From positions 15,472 to 79,471 of the forward strand of contig JACPKR010000038.1 in NCBI GenBank assembly GCA_016186945.1: a stretch of DNA of 64,000 bases, read 5' to 3'. Below are positions 1 to 9,181 of this stretch, in pieces (the stretch's first letter is position 1; each line of letters opens with the position of its first letter). The stretch comes from Deltaproteobacteria bacterium (GTDB taxonomy: Bacteria; Bdellovibrionota_B; Oligoflexia; Oligoflexales; Bog-1112). The notes under the pieces are model-generated. The model worked only from the letters and a program-made list of their open reading frames with translations. It did not search any database and was not told where the DNA came from. Both the position numbers and the translations under genes were made by a program.

Positions 1-358
1 TCGTCACGGTTTGGATGGAGCTAAGGACACTCAACGCCTCGAGAGCATTCAAGTCCTCATCTTTTTCAATAAAAAGTTCGTCAATATGCAGAGACGCGAA
101 ATTGGAGAGGTATTTAGTCTGAAGAAGGCCCAAAACCTCGCTCTCTAATGTCCCATAAATGCAAATTTTGGGGACGTTCTCGTCCAAACTAAGCGTTATG
201 AGACATTTTTTTTTGTTGTAAGCCGAAAGCAGGCGTTTTTGGGCAACAGAAAGTCTTTCGTTTGCGCCCCTGGCTTGCGCGCCCGAAATTATAGTGATGT
301 TTATGGCTAGAAAATAGGTGAATAATCGAAGGTAGTTAAGTGCCTTAATGCTGTTCAA
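1..358 (-). CDS. partial hypothetical secreted protein (runs off the left edge)
   Basis: Minus-strand frame open from position 391 to the window edge. It has no stop in the window, so it is absent from the ORF track. A candidate TTG start at 356-358 gives LNSIKALNYLRLFTYFLAINITIISGAQA, which looks like a signal peptide. Confidence 0.3.
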   Translation of the reverse strand, partial: MNSIKALNYLRLFTYFLAINITIISGAQARGANERLSVAQKRLLSAYNKKKCLITLSLDENVPKICIYGTLESEVLGLLQTKYLSNFASLHIDELFIEKDEDLNALEALSVLSSIQTVT

Positions 359-545
359 TTTCTTATCCTCACTTTTTGTGAATGGCGACTTTTAAAAAGG
401 GTGTTTCTAAAGACGAGAAACGAACCTACGATTGAGGTTGGACTCCAATTACTGGAAACCCATATGGTGGTCAATTCTTAATTCCCTAACGAAACCGCCC
501 TGGGGCCCAAACCGATCAAAAATGGAGTCAATCGCGGCCTCACTC

Positions 546-578
546 GCGCCCCTCAATAAGGGGTTACGCTTTTGATTT
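546..578 (+). terminator. orphan stem-loop plus T-run in an unassigned spacer
   Basis: GCGCCCCT-caata-AGGGGttaCGC followed by TTTTGATTT. No called gene ends here. Confidence 0.25.
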
Positions 579-681
579 ACGTCTCCTATTTCGCTAGGCT
601 TGTTTTTTTAGCAAGTTATGGGAAAAAACTAAAGAAGTAGGGAGGGTCGTCGAAACATAGCCAAGCTAAAAAGGAGCGAGG

Positions 682-918
682 ATGTATACCATAAGTGGAC
701 TATTTCCCGTCAGGCTTGGTGACCACGAATTTCTCCAGTACGCCCGCGTTGTTGATAAAGAAACGGGGGACGAGCGCCTGCTGGAAACCCACGAGCTGAA
801 CGACACGGACCCTAACGCTTACTCGATCGGAGAAGGGGAAGCTTACCAGGTCAGTTTTGCCGCAAACACCGTGGAGAAGACTTACGGCACCTACCAGTTT
901 ACCTCTCCCGAGGATTAA
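682..918 (+). CDS. small hypothetical protein (78 aa)
   Basis: ATG preceded by AAAGGAG at 8 nt spacing. No recognisable family. Confidence 0.4.
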   Translation: MYTISGLFPVRLGDHEFLQYARVVDKETGDERLLETHELNDTDPNAYSIGEGEAYQVSFAANTVEKTYGTYQFTSPED

Positions 919-934
919 GATTGAAAAAGTAGGT

Positions 935-2020
935 TTACTGGCTTTCCGCCAAGAGCCAGTTTCTGACTTCACGAAAAAGAACGTGAGGATGTCGGGAAGC
1001 CATGATGTCCTGGTGTCCTGTATTTTTTAGGTTCACGAAGTTTTTAACGCTAGAACCTACAGCTTCGAATCCGTACTTGCGGATCGTGTCCAGATGAGTG
1101 ATCTGATCATATTCCCCTTGTAGAAACAAAATGGGAAGGGAGAAAGCCCGCAAGTCTTCGGTGAATGTCTTTAGCGCGTTGCTTCGCACACTTCGGATAC
1201 GTTCGCCTTCCGGCACGAGGCCAAGAATCGTAAGAAAGGACTCCCATGTTTCATCGCTGCTTCCCTTCGAAAGTCCCAATTGCAGCGCTTCAAAGTCGAC
1301 GTTGCTGAAATGAAAGCTCGGAGTCATTCCCGCTTTTTCAACGATTCTTAGAAGGCGTTGCATGGGCCAAGCCGAGGGAGCGAAACGGAGCCAGGCGAAC
1401 TGACTTGTAGGCACAATGGGGGTCCAACGTTTCAATCCTGCAAAGGGAATGACCTTTAACAAACCTCTCATAGTGGGGTAACTTAAAGCTCGCAAACCTT
1501 CCTCATACAAGAGGGGCATGGTGTCTGGCCACGCGAGCTTAAATAGCCCCGCAACACTCGTAAAAGAACGAACCTTGTCCTGATTTTCGTGTGCTTTTTT
1601 TTCAATGGGTCTAAATCCAGCGTCCTGTTTTTCATAACCAAGAAGAAAGGCAAGCAGCAAGGTCACTCCGTAGCTATGGCCCACGTAGTGAATCGTTTGA
1701 TATGTCTCTGCAACGCTCTTATGGAAATGAGGTAGAAGGTCACAAACAATGTCTCGAAAGGATGTATCTGGCGGTAGGTGTTTTTTTTTGAGTCTCGCTA
1801 AGTTTGGCTCAAAGCTTAGAACATAAACATCAAATCCTTCCTGCGCAACGTTCCGTGCTAGGGAATACCCCTTTTTTTCAATCTGGTACCAGTAACCGTT
1901 TTCGATGAAAGCCGTTGCCATGATAACGGCCCCTGTCGAAGGTGGGGTGTGACGATAACAATCCACTTTTAATGTTCGAAAGGCGCCTGCGTGAGTGGTT
2001 CGAGAAACGTTAATTTTCAA
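935..2020 (-). CDS. alpha/beta-fold hydrolase (lipase/esterase-like)
   Basis: Nucleophile elbow GHSYG (YVGHSYGVT). Length and hydrophobic pattern are typical of alpha/beta hydrolases. Confidence 0.65.
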   Translation of the reverse strand: MKINVSRTTHAGAFRTLKVDCYRHTPPSTGAVIMATAFIENGYWYQIEKKGYSLARNVAQEGFDVYVLSFEPNLARLKKKHLPPDTSFRDIVCDLLPHFHKSVAETYQTIHYVGHSYGVTLLLAFLLGYEKQDAGFRPIEKKAHENQDKVRSFTSVAGLFKLAWPDTMPLLYEEGLRALSYPTMRGLLKVIPFAGLKRWTPIVPTSQFAWLRFAPSAWPMQRLLRIVEKAGMTPSFHFSNVDFEALQLGLSKGSSDETWESFLTILGLVPEGERIRSVRSNALKTFTEDLRAFSLPILFLQGEYDQITHLDTIRKYGFEAVGSSVKNFVNLKNTGHQDIMASRHPHVLFREVRNWLLAESQ

Positions 2021-2102
2021 TGTCTTTTCCCCCCCATATCATTTACCTTATTCTTACTCTGCCTCGTTGAAAGAGGCTCTTTAGAAAGGGATCAGCAAAA
2101 TC

Positions 2103-3446
2103 ATGCCTACATCGTTCTACGCCTGGCTTCTCCCCATACTTATTTGGGGACAATGTGTCTTAGCCGATCGTCCCAAGGAAGTTTCCCCAGCTCCGAAGGA
2201 TGCGTCTGCCACTCTGACTATAAATAAAATCCTGGGTCTTACAATAGATTCTTCCATAAATCCTGGGACTTACAACTATCTCATGTCCGGTTTTGAAAAA
2301 GCCAAGCTGGAGGGTTACCAAGCCATCCTTATCCGGCTTGACACGCCTGGTGGCCTCGTTTCCACAACGAAGGACATTTTAACCCTCATAGGCGATAGCA
2401 ACATTTTAACCATAGTCTGGATCACACCGGAAGGAGCGTCAGCCTCGAGCGCGGGGGCTATTATCGCGAGTGGCGCGCATGTGCTTGCGATGTCACCAGG
2501 GACGAATTTTGGTGCAGCGACACCCATACAAATGTCGCAGGACATTGAGCAGGGAGACATGCGTAAGAAGGCCATCAACGACCTTGTGGCTCTCGTTCAG
2601 AGTTTGTCGGAATCACGGGGTCGGAATGCAGAACTCTTTGGCAAAATGATTGAAGAGGCGGCGTCCTACAAATCAAAGGAAGCATTGGAAAACAACCTGA
2701 TTGATTATCTTGTAAGCACAGAGCAGGAACTCCTGGAGAAGATGAATGACCGCAAGGTGACCATACTCGGTCAGGAATACAAACTTGCCACTCACTCTGC
2801 GACGATTTCGGTAAGTCACGAGATGGACCTCGGGCAGCAGCTTCTGAACACGCTCGCTAGCCCGGGGCTTGCTTATGTTCTCTTCCTCTTGGGGGCCGCT
2901 CTGCTTTATCTGGAATTTCAGGCGCCCGGTGGCTTTATAGCAGGTTCCATAGGTGCGCTATGTCTTCTTCTTGCAGGTATTGGGTTTCAAGTCTTACCCC
3001 TCAATTTCGGCGCTCTTGGCCTGATTGTTCTTTCTTTCATTATGTTTATTCTGGAAGCTTACATTACAAGTTACGGGCTTCTATCCATTGCAGGCCTCGC
3101 CGCGCTTCTGGCAGGTTCTCTCTTTCTTTTCCGTACTGACGAAGCTTATATGAGTGTCAGTCGCTCTCTCGTCTTTTCAAGTGTTGGAGTTGTTGCTCTA
3201 TTCTTAGCTGGGTTAGGTATATACTTTTTGCGCGATCTTCGCAGACACAAACTTCCGAAAAACTATTATTCCTTGATAGGAAAAAAGGGTACGATAGTCA
3301 CCATTCTGCCGACTGAAGACGGGCAGCATTTCTACCAGATGCGCATTGCGGGTGAAATTTGGAAAGCTCGCTCGGAGCAAGAATATCACGTTGGAGATCA
3401 TTGCACCGTCAAAGAAGAACAGAACGGGATGACTTTGTTCATCTGA
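2103..3446 (+). CDS. NfeD-family membrane-bound ClpP-class serine protease
   Basis: ClpP-like N-domain (RLDTPGGLV, SSAGAIIASGAH), central TM block and C-terminal NfeD OB-fold region. Paired with the downstream SPFH gene. Confidence 0.85.
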   Translation: MPTSFYAWLLPILIWGQCVLADRPKEVSPAPKDASATLTINKILGLTIDSSINPGTYNYLMSGFEKAKLEGYQAILIRLDTPGGLVSTTKDILTLIGDSNILTIVWITPEGASASSAGAIIASGAHVLAMSPGTNFGAATPIQMSQDIEQGDMRKKAINDLVALVQSLSESRGRNAELFGKMIEEAASYKSKEALENNLIDYLVSTEQELLEKMNDRKVTILGQEYKLATHSATISVSHEMDLGQQLLNTLASPGLAYVLFLLGAALLYLEFQAPGGFIAGSIGALCLLLAGIGFQVLPLNFGALGLIVLSFIMFILEAYITSYGLLSIAGLAALLAGSLFLFRTDEAYMSVSRSLVFSSVGVVALFLAGLGIYFLRDLRRHKLPKNYYSLIGKKGTIVTILPTEDGQHFYQMRIAGEIWKARSEQEYHVGDHCTVKEEQNGMTLFI

Positions 3447-3472
3447 CACCTTGTGAATATTGGAGTTAAATC

Positions 3473-4222
3473 ATGATTTCGATTATTTTTGGCATTCTCC
3501 TTCTCGTCGTCTTACTTTTCAACACGATTAAGATTCTCAACGAATATGAGCGAGCGGTTGTGTTCCGATTAGGCCGCTATACGGGAATCCGAGGGCCTGG
3601 ACTTATCATCCTTATTCCGGGTATCGAGAAGATGCGACGGGTCGACCTGCGCACAATCACAATGGACATTCCCTCTCAGGATATCATCAGTCGAGACAAC
3701 GTAACGCTCAAGGTCAACGGTGTCGTTTACTTCCGCGTCGATGTGCCTGACAAGTCTGTCATTGCGGTGGAAGACTACCTGCAAGCTACCGCGCAAATTT
3801 CTCAGACGACTCTTCGCTCCGTCATTGGCCAATTTGAGCTGGATGAAATCTTGTCGAACCGTGAATTGATCAACAGCAAGTTGCAGACCATCCTAGACGA
3901 ACAAACAGAGCCATGGGGGATCAAAGTGACGGTGGTGGAAGTCAAAGCGATTGACCTTCCCATCGAAATGCAAAGAGCCATGGCCAAGCAAGCACAGGCT
4001 GAGCGAGACAAGCGTGCGAAAGTGATTTCCGCAGAAGGAGAACTTGCCGCGTCTAAGAAGCTAGCCGAAGCCGCGGAAATTCTAGCAACACAGAAGAACG
4101 CCATCACCCTCCGCTACCTCGAAACGATGCGAGAAATTTCCATAGGCGAAGGTAAGTCGACGACCTTCTTTCCCCTTCCCGTCGACTTTCTTATGAAGGT
4201 GCTCAACCCTAAGGACGCCTAA
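3473..4222 (+). CDS. SPFH/band-7 (stomatin/slipin-like) protein
   Basis: N-terminal [14 protein letters not shown]...GPGL motif and a coiled-coil tail. Classic NfeD-stomatin operon arrangement. Confidence 0.9.
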   Translation: MISIIFGILLLVVLLFNTIKILNEYERAVVFRLGRYTGIRGPGLIILIPGIEKMRRVDLRTITMDIPSQDIISRDNVTLKVNGVVYFRVDVPDKSVIAVEDYLQATAQISQTTLRSVIGQFELDEILSNRELINSKLQTILDEQTEPWGIKVTVVEVKAIDLPIEMQRAMAKQAQAERDKRAKVISAEGELAASKKLAEAAEILATQKNAITLRYLETMREISIGEGKSTTFFPLPVDFLMKVLNPKDA

Positions 4223-4260
4223 CTTGTGGCAAGGAGGAGCTTTGGATTAACTTTGTTAAT

Positions 4261-4426
4261 TATAGTATTTGGGAAAAAGAATTTGTGGAGAGGACCTTTT
4301 TTGAAAAAAAGTTCCCCTCCACACCTCCCCCAAAAAACTTTAGATATTGAAGTTTTTAAAAAGGGGCTTGGGGAAAGAACTTTTTTCAAAAAGTTTTTCC
4401 CCAAATTGATTATCTTGAATACTATA
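4261..4426 (+). mobile_element. MITE-2 copy A (full length, includes flanking TA dinucleotides)
   Basis: TA|TAGTATTTGGG...GAATACTA|TA. Internal long hairpins GTGGAGAGGACCTTTTTT/AAAAAAAGTTCCCCTCCAC and GGGGAAAGAACTTTTTT/AAAAAGTTTTTCCCC. Five other copies are in the window. Confidence 0.8.
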
Positions 4427-4860
4427 GTAGAAACACTGCGCAATCTTGGATTAACAAAATCCATGCAGATTGCAGAGTAAGCGCTTTATGCCCTCTTTCA
4501 ATAAACTGTTGGATAATCTCAGGAAGGATTGCATTACTCGTAGAGAAGCATGTTACCTTTAGAAAGGCGGGCCAGAGTCATGACATGAAAAACGTTACCC
4601 ATGTTTTTGAATTTACTGACGAATAGCCTTTCCCTTTGTCGTAAGGCGTCTCGTTGCTGTTTCAAATATTCCAAACCGAGATCGGTCAGCCCTTGATAGA
4701 TCTTACCCGTCTCGGAATCAAAGATAATAAGTTCACTTATATCCGGCTTGTTTTCTCGGGCCTCTGCAAAACTCGCTTGGAAGGATAAAGCGAGGTTGCC
4801 GAATAGACAAAATTCCCTAACAGGCTAGTTTTGTTTTGTTTTGCCCGGTTTAAAGGGAAT

Positions 4861-4982
4861 GGGGCAAGGAGGTGGTTTGGAGGAAACTGCGCAGCTGGTT
4901 CCTCCAAGAAATCCGGGGGAGGCGACGCTTCCCTCGCCCCCCCAACCCCCCCTCTCCCTAGTTGCCCCAAGTGGCTTACGCG
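4861..4982 (+). mobile_element. MITE-1 copy 1 (left TIR missing)
   Basis: GGGGCAAGGAGGTGGTTTGGAGGAAACTGCGCAGCTGGTTCCTCCAAGAAATCC...CCCCAAGTGGCTTACGCG, shared with 15 other loci. Confidence 0.8.
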
Positions 4983-5064
4983 CGTGTGCCTCCGCTCATG
5001 TTTTTCGCCTAATTGCCGATAGACAGCATGGTTTCGATTTTAAGGACGGCTTAGGGGAAAAACT

Positions 5065-6081
5065 TTGCTAAGGCAGCTGCTTAAAACAATCCTAATCGGC
5101 TTTCTCCTTTCCTACACCAGCCAATGCAAAAGCGAACAAAAAGGAGGGAAACCCCAGGCTACCCCTACTGGTGCAGACGTTTCTCCCCCGGTTCCCTATG
5201 CTGGACAAAGCAGCTCACCTGAACTGCCAGCAACGGAAAAAGCAACCGACCCTTTGACGGGACGACTTACGACCACGATCGCCCAGGCGGACAGCACACC
5301 TGCGGGGGAAACACAGAAAACACAAATGACAGGCGGAGGGGCAGTCGGAGCCAATGCGAGTGACCTCTATTCCATGACACCGGCTCAGCTTAGAAAGGTC
5401 CCCGCGATCACTCTCGAACCGGAACTTATTAAGCTTCGGGAGCAAAACAAACTAGAAGAAGATCAATTGCGCAAAATCCAGGCCTTTAACGCAGCCATGT
5501 GTCAGCGAATGGAGACACTCAAGAAGCAGTGCGTTGCTCAGCACCTTCTCGTCCCTGCAACGGGTGCATCTGACCTCACCTGCACTCCGGGCGAAGAAGA
5601 GGCTGAATCCGAGATCGAAGCGGAAGTGCAGAATGCGGGGGCTTATACCTTTCGTCTTAAAGCAAACAAGGACTATATCAGCGACGAATTCGGAAGCGGA
5701 CGCACGATTATCCGTTTCTCCCGCACTGACAACCGCCTTGTAAAGGCCCCTCGCTTTCGTGAAGTAACGTCTCTGACTCTTGTGTCAGTAACACCAAACT
5801 CAAAAATCGAGCTGGGGAGGATTCAACATCCTACGGATATCAAAAACCAGGACCAGCTTTCCAGTACCATGAAGCTTCGCATCTATGTAAACGGGACACT
5901 TCTCGTCGAAAGCTCCGAGAAAGGAGCAGGATGGCTTCGACTCGCACCCAATACGAAAACGAAATCCGAGCTGCTCGTCGCTCCGGAAGATATCTTAAAG
6001 ATGGGACGTACGGAATCCTGCATGATCACCCTTGAGGAAATAAATGAAATCCGTAGACAAGCAGAAAAAGGGAGTCCCTAA
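5065..6081 (+). CDS. hypothetical lipoprotein
   Basis: TTG start. N-terminus LLKTILIGFLLSYTSQC is signal/lipobox-like, followed by a Pro/Thr-rich linker. No family recognised. Confidence 0.5.
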   Translation: MLRQLLKTILIGFLLSYTSQCKSEQKGGKPQATPTGADVSPPVPYAGQSSSPELPATEKATDPLTGRLTTTIAQADSTPAGETQKTQMTGGGAVGANASDLYSMTPAQLRKVPAITLEPELIKLREQNKLEEDQLRKIQAFNAAMCQRMETLKKQCVAQHLLVPATGASDLTCTPGEEEAESEIEAEVQNAGAYTFRLKANKDYISDEFGSGRTIIRFSRTDNRLVKAPRFREVTSLTLVSVTPNSKIELGRIQHPTDIKNQDQLSSTMKLRIYVNGTLLVESSEKGAGWLRLAPNTKTKSELLVAPEDILKMGRTESCMITLEEINEIRRQAEKGSP

Positions 6082-6082
6082 C

Positions 6083-6925
6083 ATGAGACGATGGGGAACA
6101 TCAGCCTATCATTGCAAGAATTTCCTGCTGGTCTTACTCTGCATACTTCTCTGGAACTGTGAGTCAAAGCCTCAGCCCGTCTCGAAAGGTGCAGCACGAC
6201 AAACGACAGATGATGTAGGCCAGACAGGTCAGCTCACCAAACTGGAAACGGCAAACCCTATCGTCGACGAATTTCTTTCTCTCGTCGATGCCATAGGACG
6301 TCGTCGTCCCGCTCTGGAGAGAGAAAAGGACAGGCGTGGCAAACTCATGCTCGAACTGATGGCAAATATCGGAGCAGGCTGCATGCACGACGTACGGGTG
6401 AACAACCTCGAAATCAAGATCGACGGTGACAAACTAGACGACCTCGATGTCACTCACGACAAGGCAAACGCTCAGTTCCTTCCCGAACCCGAACAAGGTA
6501 AAACCATGTTTGAATTCTCCTTCGGAGACATCAGCGAAACCAACGTCATCAGTATTCCCAACAATGAATACCAGAAACAAATGTTCAACATCGCTAGCAG
6601 CTTGACTTACAGTGTTCCCGCGGACAAGAATTTCAAGATCGGTAATATCGACTTTATTCGCATCAAAAAACGTATCCCCGTCTATCGGAAACTCGATATC
6701 GGAGGCGTTCCAAAAGTGGAAGAAGTCGAGCGCTATATGCTGAACAATCTGACGATAAAAGTGAACGGCCTTGTTCTCTACTCACAAGACGGTATCAATC
6801 ACGGTTTTTCCCTTAATCCGGGGGGCCCTGAAGATGCCCGATCAGAGGGCTTGACCTGGAAAGAAAACAACGCGCAACTTAACCAAGCCTTCGCTGCTCT
6901 CCTGCAACGCGATGAATGCCAATAG
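6083..6925 (+). CDS. hypothetical lipoprotein
   Basis: I prefer the internal ATG at 6083, directly after the upstream stop and with a GGGAG RBS. N-terminus FLLVLLCILLWNC is lipobox-like. Confidence 0.5.
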   Translation: MRRWGTSAYHCKNFLLVLLCILLWNCESKPQPVSKGAARQTTDDVGQTGQLTKLETANPIVDEFLSLVDAIGRRRPALEREKDRRGKLMLELMANIGAGCMHDVRVNNLEIKIDGDKLDDLDVTHDKANAQFLPEPEQGKTMFEFSFGDISETNVISIPNNEYQKQMFNIASSLTYSVPADKNFKIGNIDFIRIKKRIPVYRKLDIGGVPKVEEVERYMLNNLTIKVNGLVLYSQDGINHGFSLNPGGPEDARSEGLTWKENNAQLNQAFAALLQRDECQ

Positions 6926-6936
6926 CCAAAAAATGC

Positions 6937-7102
6937 TATAATTTCAAGATAATCAATTTGGGGAAAAACTTTTTGAAAAAAGTTCTTTCCCCAAACCCCT
7001 TTTTAAAAACTTCAATAGTTAAAGTTTTTTGGGGGGAGGTGTGGAGGGGAACTTTTTTTCAAAAAAGGTCCTCTCCACAAATTCTATTTCTCAAAGACTA
7101 TA
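6937..7102 (-). mobile_element. MITE-2 copy B (full length)
   Basis: Reverse complement of copy A, flanked by TA on both sides. Begins 12 nt after the stop at 6925. Confidence 0.8.
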
Positions 7103-7206
7103 TCTGACCCTCTTGACCTCGCTAAAATCATAAGTAATTTCAATTAGTTGTAAAATTTTTTCGCTTGCTCAAGTAGACAATTTTCTCTAGGATCACAGCA
7201 AGATCA

Positions 7207-9153
7207 ATGTTTCCAAATCGTTCGGTGAAGAGGGATTTTATGAATCGCTTCTTAGTGCATGCAATCTTGGCGTACCTGTTGACTGCGTCTCCCTTCTTGA
7301 TTGCCAAAACGTTTACGATCCTTCACACAAATGACTGGCAATCGCGACTGCTTGGTTTTGGGCCTAACTCAAACTACGAACCCTCTCGGATCGGGGACGG
7401 AACGGTCGGGGGGATTGCTCGCCTGGCCACGCTCCTAAAAGCAAAGCGGGAGGCTGCGGGACAAAAGGGAGCTGTGCTTGTCTTGGACGCTGGCGATTTC
7501 ACAATGGGGACCCTCTTTCATACGATCACACGAGAGACAGGTGGCGAGCTTCAACTTCTAAACCTTCTTGGTTACGACGCCGTAGCTTTAGGCAACCATG
7601 AATTTGACTTCGGCCCGCAGGGGCTGGGGGACATGATCGAGTCGGCACTGAGAGAGGCAGGCTCACTTCCCCGACTTCTTGCTTCCAACATGGTCCTCTC
7701 GGAAAACGATCCAAGCGATGCAAAGCTTCGAAAATTCGTCAAGCAAGGCATTATTACCGACCATGCCATCATCGAACGGGGCGAGATCCGATTCGGCCTT
7801 TTTGGAATCATGGGCTACGACGCGTCGGAAGTCACCGTCAGCATGGGAGCTGTCACGTTTTCTGATCCCATCGAAACGTCTCGAAAAATGGTCGCGTTGC
7901 TGAAAGAAAAAAAGGCCGACGTCATCATTGTGCTGTCCCATAGTGGGGTAACAAGAAAGGAAGACGGCTCTTGGGGAGGAGAAGACGTTGAACTCGTCAA
8001 GAAAGTGCCAGGTATTGACATCGTAATCGGTGGGCATTCCCACACGACCCTCGACAAACCGATCCTTGAAGGGAAAACGTCTATCGTTCAGGTAGGTTCT
8101 GAGGTTCAGTTTTTAGGGGAGCTAGAGATGAGGATAAATTCATCCGTCGTCTCGATGCAGAATTATGTGCTGAATGCGATCAATGATCAAATCCTTGGGG
8201 ATAACTTCATAACACAAAAAATAGAGCATTTAGCTGATCTCGTGTCCGAACTCATTCTCAAACCAATGGGGATTCGTTTCGACGAACCTATCGCTAAGAT
8301 TGAAAGTGGTGCCACGAGAGACTTCGAAGATGACGTCATCGGAAACCTCGTTGCCAGCTCCTACAAGAGAGCCACTGGCGCTGATATCGGCTTCACTCCC
8401 AACGGAGTCCTAAGAGACGATCTGCACTATGGACGCGATGGCATTCAAAACTACTCCGATATCTTCCGCATCCTTCCCCTCGGTGTAGGGGAAATCGAAG
8501 ACACTCCCGGTTATCCCCTTGTCAAGGTATGGGTAAACGGAAAAGAATTAAAAAGCATCCTGGAGGTTCTTCTCCTGGCTTACAAGGTCAAGAACGAGAG
8601 TTACTACCCCCGCTTTGCCGGGATCGAATTTGATTACAACCCCCTACGTGTCCCCTTCGACCGTGTTATGGAAGTTCGCCTGCAACAAGGCGACGGCAGC
8701 TACCTTGTCGTCGATTTGAACGACGAAAACTCGCTCTACAGTATTGCCGCAACGTCCTATGAAGGGAAGTTTTTTTGGGTGATCCCTGAAGTCAGCATGG
8801 GGCTGCTCTCGGTAACTCCCAAATTCGAAGACGGGACACCCGTGCATGACATTGGCGATGCGCTCTTCGACGCCCAACCGGACATCAAGGCAATTCAGGA
8901 ATACAAAGCATGGCGAGCCTTGCTCGACCATATTCGTAAACTTGTCCCTGATGAAAAGACGCACCTCGCCTTTATTCCTACATCGGGTGCAGCAGCCCAC
9001 ACGCCGATGATCAAGAGAACAAGCCTCGATCCGCAGGATCTCTATAAAAACGCGACCTGGATCCAATGGACGGCGACTGCTGTTTTTCTTGTCAGCCTTT
9101 CGGTGCTGATTTTCGGCTTTATCCTTCTGATCCGCTGGAAGCGTAGTCGTTAG
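7207..9153 (+). CDS. bifunctional metallophosphatase/5'-nucleotidase, C-terminally membrane anchored
   Basis: Calcineurin-like motifs HTNDWQS, DAGDF, GNHEFD, SHSG and GGHSH, plus a 5'-nucleotidase C-domain. An alternative start at 7240 is possible. Confidence 0.8.
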   Translation: MFPNRSVKRDFMNRFLVHAILAYLLTASPFLIAKTFTILHTNDWQSRLLGFGPNSNYEPSRIGDGTVGGIARLATLLKAKREAAGQKGAVLVLDAGDFTMGTLFHTITRETGGELQLLNLLGYDAVALGNHEFDFGPQGLGDMIESALREAGSLPRLLASNMVLSENDPSDAKLRKFVKQGIITDHAIIERGEIRFGLFGIMGYDASEVTVSMGAVTFSDPIETSRKMVALLKEKKADVIIVLSHSGVTRKEDGSWGGEDVELVKKVPGIDIVIGGHSHTTLDKPILEGKTSIVQVGSEVQFLGELEMRINSSVVSMQNYVLNAINDQILGDNFITQKIEHLADLVSELILKPMGIRFDEPIAKIESGATRDFEDDVIGNLVASSYKRATGADIGFTPNGVLRDDLHYGRDGIQNYSDIFRILPLGVGEIEDTPGYPLVKVWVNGKELKSILEVLLLAYKVKNESYYPRFAGIEFDYNPLRVPFDRVMEVRLQQGDGSYLVVDLNDENSLYSIAATSYEGKFFWVIPEVSMGLLSVTPKFEDGTPVHDIGDALFDAQPDIKAIQEYKAWRALLDHIRKLVPDEKTHLAFIPTSGAAAHTPMIKRTSLDPQDLYKNATWIQWTATAVFLVSLSVLIFGFILLIRWKRSR

Positions 9154-9181
9154 CTGTTTGCCCGAGTTGTTGTTGAATCAA

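Noticed and set aside
4224-4460. Possible nested insertion of MITE-2 copy A into a degenerate MITE-1 core (flanks GGCAAGGAGGAGCTTTGGATTAAC ... GAAACACTGCGCAATCTTGGATTAAC)
   Set aside because: The left flank resembles the MITE-1 arm, but the right flank does not form the expected complementary arm. The similarity is too degenerate to call without alignment statistics.
4219-4480. Short ORFs inside MITE-2 copies (4219-4464, 4226-4480, 6916-7107, 9150-9398, 12320-12622, 22686-22871, 43731-44042, 43917-44099)
   Set aside because: The same low-complexity peptide (..NFLKKV.SP.PF.KTS..KVFWGE..) appears in every copy in both orientations. This reflects repeat DNA, not conserved coding sequence.
4737-5071. 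ORFs spanning MITE-1 copies (4737-4970, 4831-5071, 14119-14389, 21869-22133, 30456-30659, 44415-44689, 56323-56777, 61613-61855)
   Set aside because: They are GC-rich stop-free repeat sequence that is open in most frames, and the peptides recur with the element (e.g. GGLEETAQLVPPRNP).
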